DNA of 64,000 nucleotides from the human T2T-CHM13v2.0 reference genome, Homo sapiens, in the NCBI RefSeq assembly GCF_009914755.1, contig NC_060946.1, one strand, 5' to 3'. Both the position numbers and the translations under genes were made by a program. Below the pieces are notes generated by a model. That model did not search any database. It saw only the letters and a program-made list of their open reading frames with translations, and was not told the DNA's origin. Below are positions 40,607 through 55,301 of the stretch, in pieces. Numbering within the stretch: position 1 is the first letter of the stretch; each line of letters opens with the position of its first letter.

Positions 40607-43600
40607 GGAGAGGTGAAGTCAGCAAGATGACAGAATTGTCGGTCGCAGGCTCCACTACTCCCTCACAGAAAGTTCAACTAGCAACCATTCACAGACAGGA
40701 ACACCTTGGTGGAAATGCCCCAAATTGGAAATAGGCCTGAATCACCTGTGTGATTCACAGAACAAAATAAAAACCACATAAAAAGGGTAGAAGAAATGGT
40801 CTCATTTTAACCGCATTCCCCTAAGTCGATAAAGTACCACACAGAAAGTGTTTCCCCAGGAACAACAGTTTCTACAGAGGGAAAAGAGAGCTGGAGGTGG
40901 ACGCCCAGCTTCCTGGCATTCCAAGATGCTTCCCAGGAAGCCCATTCCCATCTCACCTCAAAGGCAACACAGGGAAATGGCATGGCTAGACCATCTGGAG
41001 TCAGGTAGAAACAAAGCAAGGAGACAAAGCGGGAGCTCTGTGTACCTGCCAACAGTGGTGCCCAATCAGAGGTACCATCTAACTGCATATCACACCTGCA
41101 AAGCTGAGCTAATAACTCCCAGAAATAAAAAGAAGTTCCACTTGGCTTGAATTTATAGATGGCTAGCCTTCAAAACCAGCCTTAGACCCTACCCTGGGGC
41201 TTTTAGACATTATCCAAGCAGGAAAATTACCACCACATTGAATTTCAGCAAAGAGCAGAGGCTAGATATGCCATACCCAGTAGTTTAAACAATGTTCAGC
41301 CCAGCCTCAAAGCCCACCCCAAGGACCCACATAGGCAGGAAGGCAAACGTGAACTGTGCATTTCTACTAGAGTAAAGTGTCAGCTCCCATCCATCCCTAC
41401 CAGCAATTCCATCTAACCTTGGGACCCCTCCTGCAACCCTGTCCAACTGTTGAACTGAAATAGCAGTACCACATGGCCAGGAAATCTACTCTGTGGCCCA
41501 GCCCAATATAAGGCAACTGTAATGTCCATCCAGCAGCTCAGCCTGATTACTGAGCCCAGCTTGGCTGCCCCACCTGAACTCAGAGCCAACACAGTAGCCC
41601 AGCCATCTAGAACACCCAAAAGCAAGCTCTGTCTGCCCATGGTCATTACCAGCTGTCCCATACAGAATCACAAGCTAGACTGAATAATGAATATCTATTT
41701 CTGCCAAAGAACACCTGTAAAAGCCAGAAAAGGTGGTTGTCTTTTCAAATGCATGGATACCAACACGATGACAGAAGGGTAACAGACTCAAAAAATCATG
41801 ACACTTCCAAAATAAACTAACAAAGCTCCAGCAATGGACCCTAAAGAAAGGAAGATGTATTAAATGATAGACAAGGAATTCAGAACAATCCTCTTAAAAT
41901 TCAGTGAGCTACAAGAATAGATAGACTAAAAAATAAAATAAAATTTGGAAAGCAATACATGAAAAAAAATAAAGGTTTGACAAAGAAATAGAAACAATTT
42001 TTTTAAAACCCAAATAGAAATCCTAGAGATGAAGAATACAATAACTGAACTGAAAAAAAAAATGCAACCAAAAGCTTCAACAGCATGCTCATTCAAGCTG
42101 AAGAAGGAATCAATGAGCTTGAAGATAAAACATTTGAGATGATCCAATCAGAGGAACAAAAGGAAAAAAAGAATAAAAGCAGATGAAGAAAACCTATGGG
42201 AATTATGGGACACCATCAAGGGACCTAATATACACATAATAGAAATTCAAGAAGCAGAAGAAAAAAAGCCTAGAAAGCATATTTAAAGAAATAATGACTG
42301 AAAACTTCCCTAATTTGGGAAAAGATACCAGTATCCCCAAGTTACAGGAAGCACAGAGGTCTCTAATCAAATTCAACCCAAAGAGGAGGTCGCCAAGACA
42401 ACATAATAATCAAACTATCAAAAATCAAATACAAAGAAAAAATCCTGAGAGTAGCAAGAGATTAAAAAAACATATCACATACAAAGAGGTCCCAACATGA
42501 CTATCAGCAGATTTCTCCACAGAAACAGGAGAGAGTGGGATGATATATTCAAAGGGCTAATGGGGAAAAAAACCCTGACAACCGAGAATACTTCACCCAG
42601 AAAAACTGTTTTTCAGAGATGATTGAGAAATAAAAACTCTCCCAGATATACAAAAGCTAAGAGAATTCATCACTACTAGGCCTGCCTCACAGGAATTGCT
42701 AAAGAGAGTTCTTTAAGTTGAAACAAAAGGCTGCTAATTATTAACATAAAAGTTACAAAAACACAAAACTCAATGGTATAAATATTACGCAGTCATGTTT
42801 AGAATACTCTAGGACTGAAATGGTGATGTGTAAAGTGATTGTATCTTCAGTACAAATGTTAAAAGGAATTTAAAAGACAGAACTATTAATAACAACTATA
42901 ATTAGAATAAATTGTCAAGAAATATATAAGATTATGTAAATTTTGACATCAAAAACATTAAATGAGGGGGATAAAAGTGTAGATGTGCTGTATGCAATCA
43001 AAGTTAAGTTGTTATCAGCATAAAGTGGACTATGTAAGTATAAAATTTCTACGCAAGCCTCATGGTAACAACAAAACAAAAATCTATAGTAGATGCACAA
43101 AACAAAAATAGAAAGCATACCATTACAGAAAACCATGAAACCACAAAGGAAGATACCAAGAGAGGAAGAAAGAAAGAAAATGCCTACAAAACAACCAGAA
43201 AACAATTAACAAAATGGTAGTAATAAGTTCTTCCCTATCAATAATTACTATGGATGTAAATGGATTAAATTCTCCAATAAAAAAGACATAGAGTGACCAA
43301 CTCTATGCTGCCCACAGGAGACTTGCCTCACTTTTAAGGACATACATAGACTGAAAGTAAAGGGATGAAAAAAGATATTCCATGCAAATGGAAACCAAAT
43401 GAGAAAGGATAGCTATGCTTATATCGGACAAAATAGATTTTAAGTCAAAAATTGTAAAAAGAAACAAAGGACATTATATAATGATAAAGGGGTCACTTCA
43501 TCAAGATGATTTAACAATTATAAATTTATATGCACCTAACATAAGAGCACCTAAATATATAAAGCAAATATTAAAGGATCTGAAGGGAAGGTCAGATTGC

Positions 43601-44500
43601 AATATAATAATAGTAGGGGATTTCAATACCCCACTTTCAATAATGGACAGATCATCCAGATAAAAAATTAATAAGGAAACACTGGACTTGAACAACACTT
43701 TAGACCAAGGGGATCTAATAAATATATAGAACATTCTATCTCACAGCAACAGAATATACATTCATCTCAAGCGCAAATGGAACATTCTCCAAATAGATCA
43801 GATAATAGGCCACAAGACAAGTCTTAGCACATTTAAGAAGACTGAAATCATACCACGTACCTTTTCCGACCACAATGATCTAAAACTAGAAACCAATAAT
43901 GGGGAATTTTGAAAGAAAAATCACAAATACATGGAAATTAAACAATATGCTCTTGAACAACCAATAGATAATAAATAACAACAAACAATAAAGAAATTAA
44001 AGTGGAAAATTTAAAATATCTTAAGACAAACGAAAGTGGAAGCACAATATACTAAAATATGTGGGATGCAACAAAAGCAATTCTAAGAGGAAAGTTTATA
44101 CCAATAAATGCCTACACCAAACAAGAAGATCCCAAATGAACAACTGAAACTTATGCCTCAAGGAAATAGAAAAAAAGAGCAAACTAATCCAGTGTCAGCA
44201 GAAGGAAAGAAATAATAAAGATCAAAGCAGAAATAAGATACATAGAGACTAGGAAAACAAAAGATCAATGAAGATAAGGGTTGGCTTTTTGAAAAGATAA
44301 ACAAAATAAACAAATATTTACCTAGACTAAGATAAAAGGAAATGAAAGAGGAGATATTATAATTGATACCACAGAAATACAAAGGATCGTGAGACTATTA
44401 TGAACAATTATATGCCAAAAAATTGAATAACCTAGAATAAATGAATATAATCTAGACATATACAACCTTCCGAGACTGAATCACGAAGAAACAGAAAATA
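40607..44500 (+). mobile_element. L1M(A)-type element with 5'UTR, ORF1 and ORF2 endonuclease remnant; 3' part missing
   Basis: 5' start gtcagcaagatgacagaat; ORF 42294 MTENFPNLGKD (ORF1); ORF 43415 ISDKIDFKSK...NLYAPN...VGDFNTPLS (APE endonuclease). Confidence 0.9.
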
Positions 44501-45229
44501 TTTTTTAACTGCCAACTCGGCTCCAGGAACACTGGCTTCTGCCAGGCCCCAGAACATACCACGTGGGGCAGTCCTTGGAGCCAGGGGCCTGCTCCTGGGA
44601 GGCTCCTCCCACAGTTCTTCCTGTGGCTGCTTCTCCTGCCTCTCACCTTTTCATAGAAGCCTTTCCAGAAAACTGAATCAGAAGTAGTTCCTCTTTGTTA
44701 TTCTCCATTGTAGTCCCCTGCTGATTCTTTCCAGAGCACGAATCACATTGCATATTCTAGCTCATTATTCATAGGTTTGCTTTGTGTTGGTCTCCCCCAC
44801 CAGCAGGCACAGTTCTTTGAGGGCAGCAATCATGTCCTTCTTATTCTCCAATGAGACTTTGGTATCCAGCACAGTGCCTGGTATATAATAAGTGCTCAAG
44901 AATTATTTATTGACTGACTGGGCAAACATATGCAAAATTATAAAGAACCTAAAGGCCCAGATGGCAGACAAACAGTTAAATAGTCTGATGTATAAAGTGC
45001 ACAAACAATTGATCATGATCCAATCAAACGCAGCTCTTTTAAAAGTGCTGTTTGCTTTCTCTGGATGGAATGGCTTTTTCCAATGTGTCCACGTCAGAAA
45101 CTCCTATTTAGCCCTCAAAGGTTCATCTCAGTTGTTTACTATAAAAGGCATTGCTAACTTCCCAGCCAGCACGAACACATTAAAGGAGGCCTTTGGCAAC
45201 ACTGGACCTCCTTCCAGCCTGTGGAATAA

Positions 45230-47150
45230 GTAAATAAGTAAAAAGACTGGAATAAATCTATCAACAAAATGATTTTAAATTCAGAGCTGAAGTGGAAACC
45301 AAGAAAGGGAAATCCATAGGTATTAGGAGCAAGGAAAGACCCATGTCAAGGACAGTAAGAACATGAGCTGCTGCAACAAGAGCCCAGGGCTTTATCAAGC
45401 CCAGACAGAGCTGTATGTGCTAATAGCAACCCTGAAATCTAGTGTAGGCTCAAAGGGAATGGGGTTTTAATGCACATTTGGGGTTAGAAGACTTGGGATT
45501 GTGCAAGACTGGGAGTAGATTTGGCACAGCAGTGAACCAAAATCGATCCTAGAAAAATAGCCAAAATGCAGCCAAGAGATAAAGACATGAAAAATATAAA
45601 AGACAGTTTAAGAGACATGAAGAATGAAATGGGAAGACCCAATATTTATGTAATGTAATAGGAGTTCCAGAAGAAAAGACCAGTGAGAATGGGGTGGAGA
45701 CAATATTCAAAGAATCATAGCTGGGAACGTTCAAAAACTGAAAAATACGAATTCTCAGATTGCAATAGCAGGAGTGTGGGAAGGTTAAATAGACATCTGT
45801 ACCAAGATACATGGTAGGGAAACTGTAAAGTAACAAAAAGAAAAAAAATCTTAAAAAAGAAATCACCTATAAAGGAATGACAGACAAAGAGCAGAACCTC
45901 ACAGCAACAGCAGAGGCCAGAAGACCGTGAAGAGTACCTTCGTGGTACTAAAAGGAGATAATTCTCAGACAAGAATTCTGTTCCCTGCTACATTTTCATT
46001 AAAGAGTAGGGCAAAATGAAGATATTTTTGAAAACAAAAACTGAACTAAACACTCACAGGACCTTGCTAAACGGACTACCAAAAGATATACCTCAGGAAA
46101 TTGACTCCAGAAGAAAGGAGAGAGGTTTCTGAGGCAGTAATGAGCAAACAAACTGGTAATCATGGGAAAACCTAAACAGGCATGAGTCATAAAAACAACA
46201 GTGATGAATGCAGGTCCCATCAAAACAAGGCAGAAGCAAAGCCCAAGTCAATGACAAAATGGAAGGTGAAGGCGCTTTTTCATTCAAGACAGTAGAAATA
46301 CTGATTTTTAGACTTTATAAGTTTAGAACACGTGAAAATTTTAAGGAAAACCACTATAAGAATAGAAATAAGATATTTAAGTCTTAAAACAGTGGAAGGG
46401 AAAAAAAAGAGTGATAAAGAAAACTAAAAAAAAAAAAAAAAAAAGAAAGAAAGAAAGTTGGCCAGGCACAGTGGCTCACGCCTGTAATCCCAGTGCTTTG
46501 GGAGGCTGAGGTGGGCAGATCACCTGAGGTCAGGAGTTTGAGACCAGCCTGGCCAACATGGCGAAACCCTATCTCTACTGAAAATCAAAAATTAGCTGGG
46601 CATGGTGGCGCATGCCTGTAATCCCAGCTACTGGAGAAGCTGAGGCAGGAGAATCGCTTGAACACGGGAGGGAGAGGCTGCGGTGAGCTGAGATCACGCT
46701 CCACCTGGGTGACAGAGTGAGACTCTGTCTCAAAAAAAAAGGAAAACTTAGCCAATACCAAACAAGAAAGACGAGGAATAAAGAAAAAAAGAAGAGCAGA
46801 AGAAATAATAATACAAAATAAGAGGTAGGGGGAAGAATCCAAACATATTAATCACAATAAATGAAAACAGACTAAACTTGACAGTGAAAAAAGCAAAGAT
46901 GTTACTCTTGGAATTTTAAAACATATAGATATATGCTATTTAATAAGAAATACCTAAAATATCACAATAAAAGAGTAAAAAGTTGGAAAAAGATATACCT
47001 GACAAATACTAATGAAAACTGTTATATTTCAATAGTAGATAAGATAGACCACAAAAGGCATTCATAGGGATAAAAGGGCTATGATATAATAGTAAAGGGA
47101 ACAGCTGACCAGAACATATGACAAATCTGTACTTCCAGATATGTGTACCA
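45230..47150 (+). mobile_element. Old L1M ORF1/ORF2-start fragment, interrupted by an Alu
   Basis: aataggagttccagaagaa, aaagaaatcacctataaagg and gttggaaaaagatatacc motifs. Confidence 0.7.
46459..46740 (+). mobile_element. AluS SINE (about 10-bp deletion near its 3' end)
   Basis: Full dimer; gagatcacgctccacctgggtg lacks the cactgcact segment. Confidence 0.95.
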
Positions 47151-47370
47151 GGAGAATTGTATATAATACAGCATTTATGATATTAGCACTTGAGTGTTCA
47201 CTCTGCTATGGTTTCCAGTAACCTATTCCACTGGGAATTTGGGGTGAATGCAAAAAAGAGACTCAGAAATCCCTAAGTCCCTCGCTAGAACAAGTTATAA
47301 GAACACCTCAGCCCTGGCCACCCTCAACCCCCAAAACACGCATTCTATGCACCCATCATATTCTTCATAG

Positions 47371-47749
<379 letters not shown>

Positions 47750-48489
47750 TGATATAGAAAGGCACTCAACAAATGTTAGCTGAATGACATTGTATGCATT
47801 CATTACAATTATAATTTTGAAGACTATGAAGCCAACATGAAAAATGTCTATAATATGCATTTCTATTTTAAAAAACACAACATAAAACTGTGATGCACTC
47901 TGATTACAAATATGTAAAGATTATATTTGTACGTGAATACAAAAATGGAAGAGAATGTGGAACAATGAAAATAGTAAATTTGTTAGGTAAGGTGGATGGT
48001 GACTATCTGCTTTTAATTTTTATTATTGCTATTAAATTATTATTTGCATAATTTTGAAAATGAGATAAGAAGAAATGGCTGCATAAGTTTTAGCGAGGCA
48101 AGAAAGTAATTCCTGAAAAATGTCACCATGTGTAGACAGAACAAAAGAGCTGTTTTCTGAGCCATGGAAACATTTACTCCTAGGGCCAAACTTTGCTTTC
48201 ACTATAAAAGCCACAGCATTCGTACATGGGGATTCTCTCTGGACATATAGGGAGCTGGCAAGGAAAGTGGGGTGCTGTGGGGAATGGAGCCAGCTGCTGT
48301 AGCTTCATGCCACATTTTCCATCCCCTTCTCTCATGCCTCTCCTTTCTAGAGAAACCCCAAGGCACCTATCAATTACCCACAGTTTGACAGGACAATCTT
48401 TCCATTAGCTTCTACTCTATTTCCCCCCAAAAAAGGTTCTCTGTCTTACCTGGACAGAAAACCAGGTAAAGAGAGTATTCCTAACCTAG

Positions 48490-49730
48490 ATTGTGGTCTA
48501 CATATACCATTTCAAATTGGAAAGAACAGGGATCCTTGGAGAAATGGCTCATGCCAGGTCCCAGGCAAGGGATGTACAAGAACAACCTGGAACGTTTGTC
48601 ATACCACAAAGCAAGGAAGCTGTCAAAGACTATCTGGTCACATCAACAGGATGTTGGAGCCAACGTGAAAATGCTCCCACTGGCCAAGATGGAACAAATT
48701 GAGTATCAATATAACAGCTGTAATGAATTGAGACACAAATATGCTTAAAGTAATGAGTTCTTAATCATTATTAAGAAAAAATCATTAAGAAAATAACACT
48801 GATTGCTCACTTTTGGAGGATGCCAGGGAACCAGCTCATTATTTTGCAAAGTAGGAAATGCAGGGAAAGAATCAAGGCTATCCTGCCTTTCTTATATTAA
48901 CTGTGTCTTGTTGTTACCAAATAGTTGGAGAGGGGAAGTTGTTATTACAGAAGTCCTCCAACCAGTAAGAGAAGAAGAAATGATAGACACAGAATGTCAT
49001 CATTTTATAATCTCTAATGAATGGATGGATCTGAGTATGATCAACAATGGTTGATAAGATCACGAAAAGAGAGACAGTCTATATATGTTTGCCACCACCT
49101 ATGAAGTATTTTTGTCCCCCCCACTCCCCACAAAATGAACATGGGTCTGTACATCTACATCTAACTATCAATTTAGGGTAGGGAGTCAGGGGAGGGAGAT
49201 AGGGAAACATGTAAAATGACACTGTGGGTTACAAGCAGTCAAATGCAGATTGTAAGAAAGCCCCCATAACAAACAATCCAGATTACTTCTAAAATTAAGA
49301 AATGGAGAGGAGGGCTACAGTTCTAAAAAGAATTGTGAAAAATCAACCAGTTGAAACTACAGACTTAATTTGGATCCTGATTTAAATAAATTTAAATTAG
49401 AAAACATGAGGCAAGCAGTTAGATTTGAACCTTGACTGGATATTTATTAATATGATTGATTATTAGATGTGAAAACTGTATTTTCACCTTGTTTCTAAAA
49501 AGAGTTCTTATTTTTTAGAGAGAGAGGGAAATATGCTATCTGGTATTTGTTTCAGAAATATCTGGGGTTGAAGAACATGAGCAGGAATACAAATGAAATA
49601 ATTGGCCAAGATTTGACCATTGTTGAAGCTGGGTAGTGGGTACATTCATGGATTTACTATATTATTCCCTTTACTTCTGTATACGTTTTAAATTTTCAGT
49701 AATAAAAAGTCTAAAACATTAATAAAAAAT
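48490..49730 (+). mobile_element. L1MC/MD-like 3'UTR fragment
   Basis: ccttggagaaatggctc...agcaaggaagctgtcaaagacta...gctcccactggcca; ends cagtaataaaaag. Confidence 0.7.
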
Positions 49731-49803
49731 AAACGAAGCTGTGCCTTATTCTTACGGTTGACGTTTGGGGAAAAAAATGTCAAGGAAACAATGAGACTCT
49801 TAC

Positions 49804-49952
49804 CTTTTCATTAACTGGATAAAAATTCTTCTTGGTATTTGGTATACAAAAGTGTCGAGGACAATCTTTAGATAATTAAAAGACACGTAGCCACCTTTAC
49901 AGGGGTCCCCTGCACTGAGGGCCTTTTCAACCTTTTCATAAGACTTCGAAAG
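49804..49952 (-). CDS. EFCAB6: EFCAB6 coding exon B (149 nt, phase 0->2): LSKSYEKVEKALSAGDPCKGGYVSFNYLKIVLDTFVYQIPRRIFIQLMK(R)
   Basis: Acceptor caatttattgcag|CTT and donor AG|gtaaga. Not in the ORF track; translated by hand. EF-hand-like loop DPCKGGYVS; phase matches exons A and C. Confidence 0.95.
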
Positions 49953-52249
49953 CTGCAATAAATTGAAATTAGAGTGTGGCGTTCATAAATATCAACTTCA
50001 TGGAGCTATTCAACCATTTTATTTTTACCAAAAACCTCTTCAAATTTTTCTCTCCAAAAACTGATCAAAAAGGTTACTATGGCATGTACTGAACTTCAAA
50101 TGTTTAATTGATGAGCTCACTACAAAACAGTATTCCCAGTCACAGCTACTCAAGTGACAAGGCAGACACGTTTCCCAGGGAAAAACAGCACATAGAATAG
50201 CTCCACCTCAAATTTCAGAGCTAAAAATACTTGGTAGATCTGCCGGTTTGATACATCTTCCTTAATATACTTTCAAGTTTTTCCCTACTGTGAGCCCACG
50301 CTACGCTTCTCCTGATTAAATCAGGCCAATCAAACAAAAAAGCTGGTAATATTTTATTAAAAATAGAAGTAGCTTTTACAGTAAGGAAAATTATTAATAT
50401 AAGGACTGCATAAACACAATATACATTGGACATTTCTTTAATCATCCTTTTCTTTTTTTTAATGAGGAATTATAAAGAACCTGGGTGAACGAGCTTTGCT
50501 TATGGGGCTTCTAAAATGCAGTAACATAGGTTAACCACTGATTTTTATATGACTCATAAAAATACTGTGAAGACGGGTTTTATTTCCAAAGGTTTTCCTG
50601 CTGTTTATTATTGAGTAATAACAATATTCTCCAATATCTTCAACCATCCCACTTTGTCTGAATTCAATTTTTTCCTGCTAACTGGGATAAGAAGATAAAC
50701 AAAATCACCACAACTTGGTGTAAAAGGTCATTTTCTTAAAGAGCTCCTGGAACATGGAAATATATGTATAAGAAACTCGATCCACTAAAGGAATAAAAAG
50801 CAGAATCACTAAATTTTCCTTAGTGTGCATAGAAATATTGGTATCTAAAGGGAAATATCTTTAATAAAAATATTTAGAGATATAAGTTCATTAGAAAGGA
50901 CCTAAGCTTCTTAGAAAATTGCATAAAATTAACCCAAAGAGCAGCTAAATTTGTCCATTTCTCTTTCAGGGAGGTGGGCTGCATCTGATACACTGCCTGG
51001 GGGAAGACTTGGAGAGAGAAGCAAGAGGCAAGAGCCTGGTGTGGAGCGGGGGCTCGGTGCAGTTACTGGATTGGTGAAACCCATTTTTAATGTCTTAATG
51101 ACATATGGTTTTCCATACTTTTTTTTCTTCAGGAGAGTGTTTCTGCGATGATCAAGAGCTTTTAGAAAATGGGTAAGGTATGAAACCGAAATAGTGTCCT
51201 TGTGACAAATATAACTTTTTAGAAATTTTCATTGTTACTGTTTATATAGAAAGTACAAGCCTTTGTTTAAAAAAAATGCAAGCAATTCAGCAAAGTATAA
51301 AAAAGGAAATAAAAATACCTGGTAGTCTCACCTTCACATACCATCATATTCTTGATGGAAAAGCCAACAGTACATCCATTTTCCATCTTCATATGTTTAG
51401 TTTTTATAAATGTTTCCTTAGTCTTAAATCTAAATGAGGTCCCTGCTGTTATTCTCTCTCATAACACCCTGGTCTTTTTCATCATACCACTAAAAAAAAA
51501 TTGTATTCATGACTTTTTACCTGTTTAATAACTCTCTCCCTGATATAAGGTAACGTGATCTCTATACGAGCAGAGATCGTATCTGTTTTGTTCACAAATA
51601 ATTACCTAGAATGAAGCACATTATTGGCATGCAGTCAGCACTCAATAAATATTTATTAAAAGTGGGTATATTTTTATCAAAAACGTTCTAAACAAAAGTT
51701 ATAAAATATAAAAGGCTGTTCAACACATTAGTAAAAAGTGAAATAAAAATTATAGCTGAGATAGCATTTCATCTGTATCAGACAGGCAGAAATGTACAAG
51801 CTTAGCAGTATCAAGTGTTGGGGGCACGTGGAACAGCAGGAGTGCTCACGTGCTTCTGGTGGGAGTGTAAATCAATATGGTGGCAAGCAATAGGATACTG
51901 CCCATTGAGCCTGAGGGGCATGTTCTCTACAACCCAGCTCACAACTCCACTCCTAGGTGTAATTTCCGGAGAAACCTTGGCATCTGTGGACCAGAAGCTA
52001 AGCTTACAACCACTTATGGTGGCGCTGTTTGGGTTGGCATAAAACAGGAAGCAATCCAAATGTCCATCCATAGGAGAATGTATAACTTGCAAAATATTTA
52101 GATAAGGGAAACTGTAGAGCAGTGAAAATGATAACACAGCTATACTCATAATATGAGTGAATCTCATCTTGAGCACAAACAGGATGAAAAATAAATGGTT
52201 TTGCAACTATGCCAATATATGATGGGGAAAAAGAGAAAGAAGGATCAGG

Positions 52250-53500
52250 CAAAGACAAAGAACCCGGAATGGAAGAAGACAGAATATAAAAGAATATGAA
52301 CACATCCCCTGCAAAAATTTCATGCCACAAAAAGGAACTAAATTAGAAAATCAATTAATTGAAAGAAAATCTTGAAAATGATAAAATAACTTTTTAGAAA
52401 TTGTCATTAAGAAGGAATATTTCAAAGCTAAGAAAATAGAAAATAAAAATAGCATCATTACAGGAACTAATAAATTAGACACAGCAAGAATAAGAGGCAA
52501 GGATGAGATTTAAATTAGTATTAAAGGAGTGCCGTGGAAGAATCTCAATGAAGCAGAGGAAAGGGACAAAAGAATTAAATCAACTTGAGAGAAGATGACA
52601 GCTATGAAGGAGAGGCAAAGATGATCCAATATAAGGATAACAGGGACTACTGTGGAAGGAAGGAAGGATAGAAGGAGGAAGGGAGAGAGAGGAGATGATT
52701 TTAGTACTATGACACAGTATCCATTGCTTGCCACCACATTGATTTTCCTGAAGTAAAGGAAGAACTGAATCTGTCCATCACACTGTATTCCAGGAAACTT
52801 TGTCAAAATGGTCCATGCCGAGATATAGCTTTGTTTTGCTTTGTTAATTTCAAGGATCAAGAAAAAAAAAAAGCTTCAGGAATCCAGGTAAAAAAAGAAA
52901 TCACCTACAAGGGGGAAAGAATTCCGGCTGACTCCAGGTTATTTTCACAGCAACATCCAATGCTGGAAGACAATGGAAAAAATATTTACAACATTAAAGG
53001 AAAAGAAAGCATGATGGACGGATTATAGCCAGCCAAGTTGCTGTTCAAATATAAAAGCAAAAGGCACATAGTTTCAAATATGAAAAAAACAAAGGGAATA
53101 AGGCACCCATGAGCCTTTCCTAAGGAAATTACTTGACAATGAAATCCAGCCAACCAAAAAATAAATCAAAATAAAGAACTCTGAGAGGGATAAACTGTGA
53201 TCAGTGCTGCACTATCGTGATGCACATTAAATTCATGCAAATATAAAACAAAGTCAAAACAACAGGGGGAATTATGGCAACTGAACAGAGTATAAATATT
53301 ATAAACTCAGCTAAGGACAAACTATAAAGAGCAAAAATGGTGAGGTGGGAGGTAGGCGTAGGAAGAAACAAGTACCCGTCACTTCGAGTTTCATAGCAGA
53401 AAGCCAGCCCATACTGTCTGAAATGGAAACATCCTTCAAAAACATAGTTTCTCCAGCTCTTAATAGCTTTTTAAATCTCTTTTCTCGCCTTAGAGTCCCT
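52250..53500 (+). mobile_element. HAL1-like (half-L1) element
   Basis: ORF1-like aaatcacctacaagggg followed by gaaatccagccaacc...aatcaaaataaagaactc, with no ORF2. Confidence 0.6.
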
Positions 53501-55176
53501 TTGGGGACCTAATATGTCTTGCGGGAAGGAAATGTTCATCCAGAGTTCTTAGTGTCTCCGCTTTCCCTTGAGGACAGTGTTGCAGGGTTAAGGGCAGGGA
53601 CTGGATAAGCCTGCACTGCATAGGCTGTTTACACTCAGCCCCAGGACTTAGCTGGACTCATTTAACCTATTCATGCCTCAGTGTCCTCAGCTGGACGATC
53701 ACAGTGCGCTGCTCATGGGGTTGCTGTGAAGACTGAACAGACCACCAGCAAAGCACTGGCAACACTGCCTGGCACAGAGAACATCCCATAAAAGAGTTAA
53801 ATATGATGGCGATGCTGACATTTCCTTTTCTTCTGGGAAATTCAAGGAAATTTAAATTAAATACGTTTTATTTTTAAAAAGGAGTATGATCCTCTTCTTA
53901 TAAAATTATTTCTATCTATGTCTCCACCTACCCACTGATCCAGCCGTCCTTCTATACATGAATAAAGAGAGGTCCAGAATTATGTTCACCAAATGTTGCC
54001 TTTGATTCTTTCTGGGTGGTGGATTGTGAATAGTTTATTACTTTCTTCTTTGTACTTTTTAGAATTGCTTACGTTTTTTGCAATGGTCATGTTTTTATGA
54101 AAACAAGAAAGTCATTAACAACAACTAGAGAAAACAAATTTAACCAAATTACCCACAAATATGACAGTGCTCACTTCTCCAACACCCTTATCGACACTGG
54201 CTTTGTGAGTTCCTCCTGCATTGACATCCGTCTATTGAACATTTTATATTAATAATATGTAAAAGTTCTATGAATGTTGGGAATTATTCATCTGTCATTT
54301 ATGTTGCACATATTGTGCCAAGTTTATCATATGTTTATACAAAGTTTTGCTGTATAAAGGATTGTTCATTTTTCTGAAGTTAAATTTTATCAGTCTTTTT
54401 CTTTAAGGCTTTTGGGCTTTACTTCATGCTTACAAGAGATTCTAAATTTCAACATTAATACATGTTTACCCACATTACTTACATTTAAATTGTTGATGAA
54501 GATAGAATTTATTTTTGGTGAAGAGTGGAAGGTTATAATCTTCGTTCCCCAAAATGGCTGGATAGCAAATTATCTCAATAATAATTACCAAATAAGCCTC
54601 TCTCACTACACTTTATTGAAATGCTTCACATCACAGGCTAAGTTCACATATAAAGAGTGGTTCATTAGCCAACTACCCCTTTAAATCCATTTGAATGTCC
54701 ATTGCTGCACCAATGCCATATTGTCTTAATTATTATGTCTTTATAAAATATTTTATATGTGTAGAGTAAGTCCTCTATTATAATTTTTCAGAAGAAAAAA
54801 TATATATCCTGATATAGGAAGAATAGGTAGTAATACTAAATCTTCCAAACCAAGAATCAGAAAAGACCTCTTCACTTATTCATGTTTTCCTTTACGTTAC
54901 TCAATAACGTTGCATTATTTCTTTATATGTCTTATTAGAGTTAGTATGTGAGTAGCACAAAGGATGTACTTAAAAATTAATTTCACATCACCATCACGAT
55001 TATCCATGATCAATGTATTGCTGTTATTGGGAGGTAGAGGGGGTCTCAGTATTGGAGAAGACATAGGTAGGATCGAAACAAATTTTAGAAATAATGTGTA
55101 AACCTAATAGTTTTCCATATTGTCTACTTTGCTGTGTTTACTCTGTAGGTAATTGTGGCTTAGGAAAACATCTTAC

Positions 55177-55301
55177 TTGTAGACAAAAGTTCCTCTCAAT
55201 TTCATCCAAGGAGTAGTTTCTCCAGATATCTTCAGATGATGCAGAACCTAGCAAACGTTCCTTTTTGGAATTTTTGGCTTGTTGATTCTCCAACGAGACC
55301 T
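55177..55301 (-). CDS. EFCAB6: EFCAB6 coding exon A (125 nt, phase 1->0): (E)VSLENQQAKNSKKERLLGSASSEDIWRNYSLDEIERNFCLQ
   Basis: Acceptor ttttgtttcaacag|AG and donor CAA|gtaaga; lies inside ORF 55138..55341. Confidence 0.95.
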
